Below are positions 10,355-19,078 of a DNA stretch of 64,000 nucleotides, in pieces; the first letter of the stretch is position 1; each line of letters starts with the position of its first letter. This stretch comes from Acidobacteriota bacterium (lineage in GTDB: Bacteria; Acidobacteriota; UBA890; WLXD01), in NCBI GenBank assembly GCA_965205505.1, contig CBDBHB010000006.1, forward strand, positions 1 through 64,000. Reading direction: 5' to 3'. The translations under genes and the position numbers were made by a program. Under the pieces are notes generated by a model. The model was not told the DNA's origin, made no database searches, and saw only the letters and a list, made by a program, of their open reading frames with translations.

Positions 10355-11767
10355 ATGAGCCCAATTGAAGCGCTGCTTCGTCGTCTGCCGAGCATGAACG
10401 CGGTTCTGGAGGACGAGGAGGTACGACGTCGTATTGCCGCAGAGGGTTGGAGCCGGGGATTCGCCCGCCAGGTCGCGGCCGCGTTGCTCGATCGCCTGAG
10501 AAACGAGATCTTGGCCGGCGACCTCGACGGCGGTGAGCTCGGTGTGCTGCTCGGCTCGGTCGCCGACGACGTGATGCAAACGGGCGCAGCAATGCTGCGA
10601 ACGCGCTTGCGGCGGGTGGTGAATGGTACCGGCGTCGTCGTGCACACCAACCTGGGTCGATCGCCCTGGAGCGCAGCTGCCGCCGCCCGCGTCGCAGACC
10701 TGGCAACCGCCTACCTGAACCTCGAGTACGACCTGTCGGGCGGTTCGCGCGGCGGGCGCGATCGCCCCGTGGCCAGCTTGCTCGAGCGCTTGCTGCCTGG
10801 TGTAGACGTGGCGGTGGTGAACAACAACGCCGCCGCCGTACTGCTCGTCCTCAACACCTTCGCTCAGGGGCGCGAGGTGGTGGTATCGCGTGGCCAGTTG
10901 GTCGAGATCGGCGGCTCGTTTCGCATCCCGGAGGTAATGGAGAAGGGTTTTTGCCGTCTGCGCGAAGTGGGCACCACGAACCGTACGCGTATCGAGGATT
11001 TCCGCCAGGCAATTGGCTCCGAGACCGGGCTGCTGTTGGCTGTGCATCCGAGTAACTATCGTGTCGTAGGCTTTACCGAGAGCGTGCCGCTCGAGCAGTT
11101 GGTCGCTTTGGGACGCGAGACTGGCGTGCCGGTGGTGGAGGATCTCGGGAGCGGCAACCTCGTCGACCTCGGGGTGGTCGGCGTCGGCGATCCGACCGTC
11201 GGTCAGCGCCTCGCCACCGGCGTCGATCTGGTGACTTTCTCAGGCGACAAGCTGCTCGGTGGTCCGCAAGCGGGCCTCATTGCCGGTCGGCCTGAAGCTG
11301 TCGAGCGTGCCCGCGCGAACCCATTGTATCGGGCGCTACGACTCGACAAGGTGACATTCCTGGCCCTTGAGGCAACGCTGATCGACTACTTGGCGGGCCG
11401 ATCCGACGCCATACCGACCTTGGCGATGCTTCGCCAGGAACCCTCACGGTTACAGGCGCGCGCCGAGTCCCTGGCGGCGCTGGTCGACGCGATCGACGGC
11501 GTCAACACCGAGGTATTGCAGCTCGAATCGCGCGTCGGCGGCGGAGCAGCCCCGGACGCCACGCTGCCATCGTGGGGAATTGCCGTTGCTACGCCGCTAA
11601 CCCCCGACCAGTTGGTGCGCCGCTTGCTGGGCACCGAGCCCGCCCTGGTAGGCCGCGTGGTCGCCGATCGCCTCGTCCTCGACGTGCGCACGTTGCTCGC
11701 AGGCGACGACGAGCGAATCGACACCGCGCTGCGCCAGGCGTTAGGCCACTTCTATGAGAAGGCCTAG
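10355..11767 (+). CDS. selA: L-seryl-tRNA(Sec) selenium transferase
   Basis: VNGTGVVVHTNLGRS, VVNNNAAAV, SRGQLVEIGGSFRIP, EVGTTNRT, FSGDKLLGGPQAG (PLP Lys); last four codons come from the IS end. Confidence 0.95.
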   Translation: MSPIEALLRRLPSMNAVLEDEEVRRRIAAEGWSRGFARQVAAALLDRLRNEILAGDLDGGELGVLLGSVADDVMQTGAAMLRTRLRRVVNGTGVVVHTNLGRSPWSAAAAARVADLATAYLNLEYDLSGGSRGGRDRPVASLLERLLPGVDVAVVNNNAAAVLLVLNTFAQGREVVVSRGQLVEIGGSFRIPEVMEKGFCRLREVGTTNRTRIEDFRQAIGSETGLLLAVHPSNYRVVGFTESVPLEQLVALGRETGVPVVEDLGSGNLVDLGVVGVGDPTVGQRLATGVDLVTFSGDKLLGGPQAGLIAGRPEAVERARANPLYRALRLDKVTFLALEATLIDYLAGRSDAIPTLAMLRQEPSRLQARAESLAALVDAIDGVNTEVLQLESRVGGGAAPDATLPSWGIAVATPLTPDQLVRRLLGTEPALVGRVVADRLVLDVRTLLAGDDERIDTALRQALGHFYEKA

Positions 11768-11776
11768 TTCGGTCAA

Positions 11777-12010
11777 GGGCAATGTGGTGGCCAGCGAAGA
11801 ATCGATCTGCACGCCATGCTCCTATTCGCACTCTGGTGGACGAGGATTCAGGTCGTCCGGTGCATTCTGGGGTCCGTCCCGATTCGAGGCGCTGCAATCT
11901 AGCTGCCGAGCTCGAAGCTCGTAGTGACCTTCGCAGTCGCCCGGACCGGGCGGTCAGATCGATAACCGTTGGGTCGCGTCGCCCTACCGACCTCCTGGTT
12001 GCGGGTTAGT
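11777..12010 (-). ncRNA. Putative bridge RNA / seekRNA of the IS110 element
   Basis: Internal-loop stem structure whose two arms match the insertion-site flanks (11898-11904, 11923-11930); second loop resembles the circle junction; ends approximate. Confidence 0.75.
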
Positions 12011-13057
12011 TCATGCTGCTGAAACCTCTACAGGTGCGCGCAACGGTTCGTACTCGTCTCCACTCAGCCACAGTCGGTGCAGCACAACGGCGAGCTTACG
12101 GGCGACAGCAACTGCTGCCTTTTTGTTGCCATGAGGACCACCGCGTCCGGCCAGCTTGAGCCCCCAGCGTCTGAGCTCAGTATCGGGCCCGAAGGGGCCC
12201 AGGATGTAATGCGCCGAGCCCACCAACAGGCGTCGGAGCATTTTGTCGCCCGCCTTGGTTATTCGTAGCGCAGGGTCCTTGTCCCCCGACTGCCGTTTCT
12301 TCGGTCTCAGTCCCAGGTACGGGCCCACGGCTCTGGAGGTATTGAACCGCTCCGGCTCCTCGAGCGTCAGCACATACGCCAGTGCGGTCAGAGCTCCGAC
12401 CCCGGCCACTTGCTGGAGCTGCTGTGTCTCCGGGTATCGCCCCTGGCACAGCTGCGCGATCTGACGCTCGTATTGCTGGATGTTGCCCGTCAGCATGGCG
12501 ATCGTTTCAAGCACCGGCTCGAGCGCTCCCTTGAGCCGCTCCGGTATGTGCTCTGGCGCGGTGCGCGCGAACGCCGGCGTCGAGCACCTGGGAATACGAC
12601 AACCGGCCGACTTGACCGCACCACGCACATGGCTCACCAACTGCGTGCGGCTCTTTACCAGAGCATCTCGGCTCCGAATCACGGCTAGATCCGCTCGCGC
12701 TTGTCTGCCTCGATGCTGCACCGTCTTAAGCAGCTTTGGGTCCATTCTGCCCACTCGTGCCAGGTGCTCGGCATCCAACCGGTCGGTCTTGTCGTGCTCG
12801 CCATAGATCAGCTTCAGCCGCCTCGGGTTAGCCACCAGCACCTCATGACCCAGTTGCTTCAACTGCTCACTCATCCACGGCGAGTGCGTTCCAACCTCCA
12901 GCACTACTCGAGCGGGCTCCTCGCACCCGAACCGCCTCGCCAGCCCCTCCGGGCTCGTCCTCACCCGCCCTTCCTCCATCACCCTGCCCTTACTGTCGAG
13001 CACGCACATACGGCTGTACCGGTCGCTTACGTCCAGTCCAATCGTTACACTCCTCAT
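12011..13057 (-). CDS. IS110-family transposase/recombinase (DEDD RuvC-like + Tnp domain)
   Basis: IGLDVS, VVLEVG, KTDRLDA, VAGVGALTA, RQSG, RITKAGD, VAVARKLAVVL; AGGAGG RBS. Confidence 0.96.
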   Translation of the reverse strand: MRSVTIGLDVSDRYSRMCVLDSKGRVMEEGRVRTSPEGLARRFGCEEPARVVLEVGTHSPWMSEQLKQLGHEVLVANPRRLKLIYGEHDKTDRLDAEHLARVGRMDPKLLKTVQHRGRQARADLAVIRSRDALVKSRTQLVSHVRGAVKSAGCRIPRCSTPAFARTAPEHIPERLKGALEPVLETIAMLTGNIQQYERQIAQLCQGRYPETQQLQQVAGVGALTALAYVLTLEEPERFNTSRAVGPYLGLRPKKRQSGDKDPALRITKAGDKMLRRLLVGSAHYILGPFGPDTELRRWGLKLAGRGGPHGNKKAAVAVARKLAVVLHRLWLSGDEYEPLRAPVEVSAA

Positions 13058-13158
13058 CGGCCAACCTCCTTGGGCTTCGAGCCCGTTACGTTTGAAGAAA
13101 CGTTTGCAGAGCCGTCAGGCTACTGCGTTCAGGAGGTTGGCCTTCTCATCTCATCTAG

Positions 13159-15811
13159 CTAGAAGCCGAACCCCAACAACAGGTAGACGGCTGTTTGCTC
13201 GTCGCTCTTGGCGACGTAGATCCGTATCGCGTTGGTGAGATTCCAGGGTGCCCACCAGAGCCCGCCACCGTATCCGGTGTGCCAGGTGTCGGAGTCCTCG
13301 CCGTCGAGCCAGACGCGGCCGCTGTCGGCACGTACGAAGACGCCCCAGCGTCCGGGCAATACGATCGAAAAGCGACCGACGCGCGCCAGCAGCTCGACAT
13401 TGCCGTAGGCGGAAGACTCGCCGGCGAAGCGGTTGGCGCGGAGACCACGCACCGTGCTGCCGCCGATGAACGCCGCGTCGTAGTAGGGAAAGGCGCCGAA
13501 GTTCTGTTGCCCGCCGACGCGGAAGCCGATGCCGAGCCCCTGGCTCGGTGGCCAGAACGACGCCGTCGCGGCGCCGCGAACCACTGTGTACTCGTCGACA
13601 AGAGCTCCGAGGCGCGGATAGTACGTGGCATCGACATCGAGTGTGTAGCCTGCGCCTACCGGAGCCGGCCCCCAACGCAGGGTGTCGTCGGTCGCATCGA
13701 CGGTGCGGGTTCCGGGATAGCGCCGGGTGTTGATGCTGAACCCGCCCACCCAGCCCACTTGAGCGATGTTCTCGACGCCGTAGGGCCGTTGGCGCGAGAT
13801 CACGCGATCATCGTTCAGATCGGTGGTCGTGTACCGAGCCACCGGCCCGGTCGACACCGACGCGTTGTCGCCCAGGCGCAAGACCAAACGCGACTCGACC
13901 ATTGCGGCGGCCTGCTGCACGCGCCGCAGCGCGCTGGTATCCACGTTCGGCGATTCGTTGCCAAAGCCGTAGAAGTTGAGTGTCTCGATTCCGGAGATCA
14001 GAGCGCGCACGCTCCAGTAGTGGCTGCGGTTCTCGGATCTAAACTCGGCACTGTAGTCGAGCCGCGGGCGCAGCGCGCCGGTGCTGAATCCGAGACGAAT
14101 CTGGTGGCGCGATCCGTACGGGCGCTTGCGGAAGCCGAAGCTCTCGATGGCGATGCCCGAGCCGATGAAGGCCCCCAAATCCGGCCCGTAGCCGAACCAC
14201 GGAGTCCGGTAGCTGGTGCTGCCCCAATCACGGCGCGCATCGGCAGCAGCGCCCTGGCCCTCTTCAGGCGTACCGGTCGCCTCGATCGGCTCCGACGGTG
14301 CAATGCGCAGTCCATCGGAGATCGTGACGCCTCGACCTGAACGGCCCTCGGTGGAGCTGTCGAAGCTGACTTGCCGGTCAGCGGCAGAGTCACACAGTCT
14401 GTTGTTTCCCGTCCCGCCCACGATCACGATGGAGATCGCCTTGCTCGGTGGACCCGACACTGCGACGCGATCGTCGCCGCCGCCGGTGTACACGCGAAGT
14501 TGCTCGGTCTCCCCCGGCTCGAAGCGCCGGGTGAAGAACGGTTCACCGGTTGTCGTAGGTGCATCACACGTGCCGCTTCCCGGCGCCACGGCAACCGACA
14601 CGGAGCCGCCCTGGTGGCGCTCGATGGTGATCACCTCGGCGCTGTTGGTCGTGTAGATGTTGACCAGCTCGGACAGAACCAGATAAAAGCACCTCGCTTC
14701 GTCGAGCAAAGCGTCACGGCGCGCGCGGAGCTTGGCCGTGAGCTCCGTGCCATGCAGCTCGTAGTACTCCGCCGGCATGTGACGTGCTGCGGTCTCGATG
14801 ACGGCATCCGTGAGCCGCGTCTGGACGTCGCGCGCTGCTTGTTCCCAGCTCGACCGATCGAGGCCCGATAACAGTCGCCGATCCAGCGATCGCGCGTTCC
14901 ACGTGAGCCCTTCGAGCCCCTGGTAGTCGCGCCGGAACGAGTCGAATTTGGGCTCGCGATCACGCGCGATGGATAGGGCGATGCCTTCGTAGCGTGAGAA
15001 TGCCTGGTCGCGGTCTTCGGCGATCGGCTGCAGCCCCGCCGTCCCGGGTATGCGTGCCCAGCGCCATTGCTCGACGTGGCGGTCCCAGTCGCCCATTAGC
15101 AGGTCCACCAGGCGTGCCCGCAGGAACGCCTCGGGGTTGATGACCACGCTCGAGCTGCGGGTGATGTGGTCGAAGAGCTCGCGTCCGCCGATGATCTCGG
15201 TGGCACCGAACGTGCCGCCGTCGTCGGCCGCGGTTGGAAACTCCTCGATCGTGCCGAGCATGCCGGCAAACTCTTCCCGAAACTCGCCCAAGCGCGCATC
15301 ATCGGGCATGACGACGAGCCGCGGCAACGACTGCATCACGCCGGCGGCGCGCGCCAACGGCGCGGCGACTAGCGAGCCTGCGGGGAAACTTGCCGAGATC
15401 TGGTCCTGAGCGATATCGGCGATCGGCGTGCCCTGGAGCTCCTCGGGCAGGATCAGCGTAGGGTCCTTGGCGACGCCTCGGAACGTGTAGCTGCGTCCGT
15501 CGGCTCCGCGCAGAGCCAACCCGGCGGTTTGCAATCCGCCGACCCGTCGTAGGGGCTCGATGCCGCCGGCCTCCCGGGCTAGGTCGAGCAGCTCGACCTG
15601 GATCGAGAGAGTCCAGATGTCGCGATACGCGTTGCCGAAGACGAGCTTCTTCAAGGCCCCGGCAGAGTAGTTTGCGCCAGCGACCATGGTCCGCGTTTGA
15701 TTGGTAGGTTGCGTCGGCGAATCCTGCGCCCACAACGTGGCGGGGCACAGTCCCGAGGAGCAGCGCGATGCCCGCGCTGGTGGCAGCGAGGCGACAGCGG
15801 GTCCGTGTCAT
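13159..15811 (-). CDS. Omp85/BamA-TamA-type outer-membrane protein with N-terminal kinase-like domain (apparent +1 frameshift ~15743)
   Basis: Signal peptide MTRTRCRLAATSAGIALLLGTVP(A)TLWAQ after removing one C from a C4 run; VRGLRANRFAG (Omp85 VRGF/Y-like), terminal LGFGF; GDWDRHVEQW...PIAEDRDQAF in the N-half. Confidence 0.8.
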
Positions 15812-15948
15812 CGGGAGTTCCTCCACGGGGTACAGCACGTCGAGACGCGAATCGTAACAGGTAACTCCGGCCCTGCGACGTGCCCGTAGAGCCTGCTCGG
15901 TACGCTCGCACACGTAGTGGATCGCCTTCGGCAAGCGAGCTGTGTCGG

Positions 15949-17478
15949 TCAGAGGTTGGCGACCTCGAACTGCTCCTGGTGCAGCATCTGGTCGGACACC
16001 ACATTCACCGGCGCCTGCACGATCTCGCGAATGCCCTGTAATACCGAGCGGTGGTCACCGTGCAGGGCGCGGTTGATTACCGGGTTGGCTCGCACCACCA
16101 CATCGCGCCCACGTAGCTGTTTCCGCAGGCGGTTCACCTCGCGCAGTATCTCCAGACAGACGGTGTCGACGGATTTCACCCGGCCGCTCGAGTGGCAATA
16201 GGGACACTCCTGCGTGAGGGTATTCTCGAGGCTTTGTTTGACGCGCTGGCGGGTGAGCTCGACGAGGCCGAACTCGGAAATCTGCAACAGCTGCGTCTTG
16301 GCGCGGTCCTTCTCGAGCTCCTCCTGGAGCACTTCGACCACCTTGCGTCGGTTCGCCGTCTCCTCCATGTCGATGAAGTCGATGACGATAATGCCGCCCA
16401 GGTCCCGCAGGCGGATCTGGCGAACGATCTCGCGCACCGCCTCGAGATTGGTTTGCAGCACGGTATCTTCCAGGCGTCGCTTGCCGACGTACTTACCGGT
16501 GTTGATGTCGATCGCTACCAGCGCCTCTGTCTGGTTGATGACCAGATAGGCGCCCGACTTGAGCCATACCTTCGACTCGAGCGCTTTGTGGATCTGCGGC
16601 TCGATTTCGAACTGGTCGAAGATCGGACGGTCCGAGCGATGGTGCTGAATACGATCCGCCACGTCTGGGTTGATCGCCTCGAGGAAGCGCTTGGCACGCT
16701 CGTACTCGGTCTGGTCGTCAATCACAACGCGGCTGTAATCCTTGGTGAACAGGTCGCGCAGCAGCCTCAGTAGCACCGACAGATCGCGGTGTATGACAGC
16801 TGGCGCCTCCGCCTGCTCGCTGCGACGCTTGAGCTCTTCCCAGAGCTCGTGCAGAAACCGCATGTCATCGGCGAACTCCTGCTGGCTACGTCCGACCCCT
16901 GCGGTACGAACGATAAAGCCGCCCATCCCCTTCTGACGTGCCTTCTGGGTGATGCGCTTCAATCGGTGGCGCTCCGCACGGTTCTCGATCTTGCGCGACA
17001 CCCCGACATGATCGACCGATGGCATGTACACGAGATAACGGCCGGGCAATGAAACGTTGGTGGTGATGCGCGCACCCTTCGTGCCCAGCGGTGCCTTGGA
17101 GATCTGTACCAGGATCTCGTCGCCGCGGCTCAGCAGCTTGTCGATCTTTTGCGATTCGCGCGACCGCCGGCTCTGGCGGCGTTGCGGCTTGGGGGTACCG
17201 TCGCCGTTGCCTTCGTCGTCATCGAGCCACGAAGTATAGGCATCGATATCCGGTAGAACATCGGAAACGTACAGGAAGCCGTCGCGCGTCAGCCCTATGT
17301 TGACGAAGGCCGACTGCATACCGGGAAGGACCCGGTTTACGCGCCCCTTATAGATGTTGCCGGCGGTTCCGCGGGTGCTCTCCCGCTCGATGAATACTTC
17401 CTGAAGCTGTCCGTCTTCGAGTATCGCCACGCGGGTCTCGCTGTCCCCGCAATTGGCGATGATCTCTTTGCGTGCCAT
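15949..17478 (-). CDS. rng: Ribonuclease G (Rne/Rng family, catalytic domain only)
   Basis: GNIYKGRVNRVLPGMQSAFVNIG, AIDINTG, LRDLGGIIVIDFIDM, CPYC. Confidence 0.92.
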   Translation of the reverse strand: MARKEIIANCGDSETRVAILEDGQLQEVFIERESTRGTAGNIYKGRVNRVLPGMQSAFVNIGLTRDGFLYVSDVLPDIDAYTSWLDDDEGNGDGTPKPQRRQSRRSRESQKIDKLLSRGDEILVQISKAPLGTKGARITTNVSLPGRYLVYMPSVDHVGVSRKIENRAERHRLKRITQKARQKGMGGFIVRTAGVGRSQQEFADDMRFLHELWEELKRRSEQAEAPAVIHRDLSVLLRLLRDLFTKDYSRVVIDDQTEYERAKRFLEAINPDVADRIQHHRSDRPIFDQFEIEPQIHKALESKVWLKSGAYLVINQTEALVAIDINTGKYVGKRRLEDTVLQTNLEAVREIVRQIRLRDLGGIIVIDFIDMEETANRRKVVEVLQEELEKDRAKTQLLQISEFGLVELTRQRVKQSLENTLTQECPYCHSSGRVKSVDTVCLEILREVNRLRKQLRGRDVVVRANPVINRALHGDHRSVLQGIREIVQAPVNVVSDQMLHQEQFEVANL

Positions 17479-17986
17479 GTAGTACTCCCCTGCGCGCGCC
17501 CGGGCTCGGAGGAGCCGACCAATGGTCGTACGGACGCTGCGGCGGAATGGGCGCACGCGGAGCAGTCGTGTGGATCGAGCCAGGCCCGCTCCACCGGATC
17601 TCCGCTTGACGTGCTGTTAGTTGGGCGCCCATCGGCGGTTTCCTGACGACGCCGCCGTGGACAGCGGCGCCGGAATGTCGTGATACCGAACTTTCCAAAA
17701 AAACCTTGCGTCCCGTGCGGGTTGGCGGCGATGGAATCGCCGCTCGGTCAACCGCATTTACCTACCGGGAGAATCGTCGACCCAATACAGGCCGCAGCTG
17801 CGCCCGGCGAGAACGGCCGGACTGCACCACATTTGATCGATTCCCCGGAACCGACGGGGGGGTCGTGTGTGTCCCGAACTGCAGGACACTCTGTATCCTA
17901 CCGGAATTGGACCCGAGTCACGAATCAGCCCAGAGCCTCGTTTCATGCGGACGCGCAGTCCTGGGCCGGATCCGTCCCGGCCTGGT

Positions 17987-19078
17987 CTAGACGACGAAGC
18001 GCCGACTGCGCACCGAGATCACCAGTCCGATCGCGATGCACGTTGCCAGTGCTGACGAACCACCGTACGACAGCAGTGGGAGGGGGATTCCGGTGATCGG
18101 CAGATAGCCGATGACCATACCAGCGTTGACGGCCAGGTGGAACGTCAGTAGCCCTGCCACGCCGACGCAAATGTAGGCTCCGGCGCGATCCCGGGCCACG
18201 TGCGCGCCGCGCAACAGCCGTAGGATCAGCGCCAAGTAGAGCAGCAGCACGGCGGCCACGCCGAAGAAGCCGATCTCCTCGCCAAGCAGAGCGACGATGA
18301 AATCGTTCTCCTGCTCGGGCAGAAAGTTCAGCTGACTCTGGGTACCTGAGAACAAGCCCTTGCCCATGAGCCCTCCAGAGCCCACAGCGATCTTGCTCTG
18401 CACCAGTTGATAGCCTGCGCCCAGGGGGTCGGCCTCAGGCGCCAAGAAGCTCGTGAGCCGGGTCTGCTGATATGGGTGCAAGCTCAAGTACCATAGCGGC
18501 GCCGTCACCAGCGTGGTCCCAGTGACAATGCCGATCGTCCGAAGATGCAGCCCGGCCGCCCAGGCTGCTGCGGCGAGGATAGGCAGATAGGTAATCGCTG
18601 TACCCTGGTCTGGTTGCAGCGCCGTCAGCCCGAAAGGAACGGCCACGATCACCATCGGCATGACGAGGCCGCGGGGCCCGAAGGGACGTGGCTCACGGTC
18701 AGCGAACAGCCGCGCCAATGCCAAGATGATCGCTACCTTGGCGAGCTCTGACGGCTGGATACCGACGCTCCCGACGCGAAGCCACGACCTCGCGCCGGAG
18801 ATCTGCGGCCCTAGCACGAGCACCAGACCCAGCATCGCGACACATATTCCCCAGAGCACGTAGGCGTTGTCGGTGAAGTGGCGGTAGTTGAGGAACCCCA
18901 GCCCAATGGTCAGTAGCAGGCCGACCGCCACCCAGATGCCCTGGCGCCTTTCCAGATCGAGTTCCTGTCCGGCCGAGGCGGAGGCAACCAGCAACATCCC
19001 AATGCCCAGGAGTGCGGCTAGGATCAGCAGCGTACCGGTATCAAACCAGCGCACCAGACGGCGATCGAACAGGGTCAT
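17987..19078 (-). CDS. rodA: Rod shape-determining protein RodA
   Basis: IQPSELAK, LQPDQGT, QSKIAVGSGG, GIPLPLLSYGGSS; follows PBP2. Confidence 0.95.
   Translation of the reverse strand: MTLFDRRLVRWFDTGTLLILAALLGIGMLLVASASAGQELDLERRQGIWVAVGLLLTIGLGFLNYRHFTDNAYVLWGICVAMLGLVLVLGPQISGARSWLRVGSVGIQPSELAKVAIILALARLFADREPRPFGPRGLVMPMVIVAVPFGLTALQPDQGTAITYLPILAAAAWAAGLHLRTIGIVTGTTLVTAPLWYLSLHPYQQTRLTSFLAPEADPLGAGYQLVQSKIAVGSGGLMGKGLFSGTQSQLNFLPEQENDFIVALLGEEIGFFGVAAVLLLYLALILRLLRGAHVARDRAGAYICVGVAGLLTFHLAVNAGMVIGYLPITGIPLPLLSYGGSSALATCIAIGLVISVRSRRFVV

Larger units (their letters stand above)
11751..13156 (-). mobile_element. IS110-family element, IS1111-type layout
   Basis: 11-bp subterminal inverted repeats ATGAGAAGGCC (11754-11764) / GGCCTTCTCAT (13139-13149); TCT core at both ends (11751-53, 13154-56); long non-coding region downstream of the transposase. 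Confidence 0.9.
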
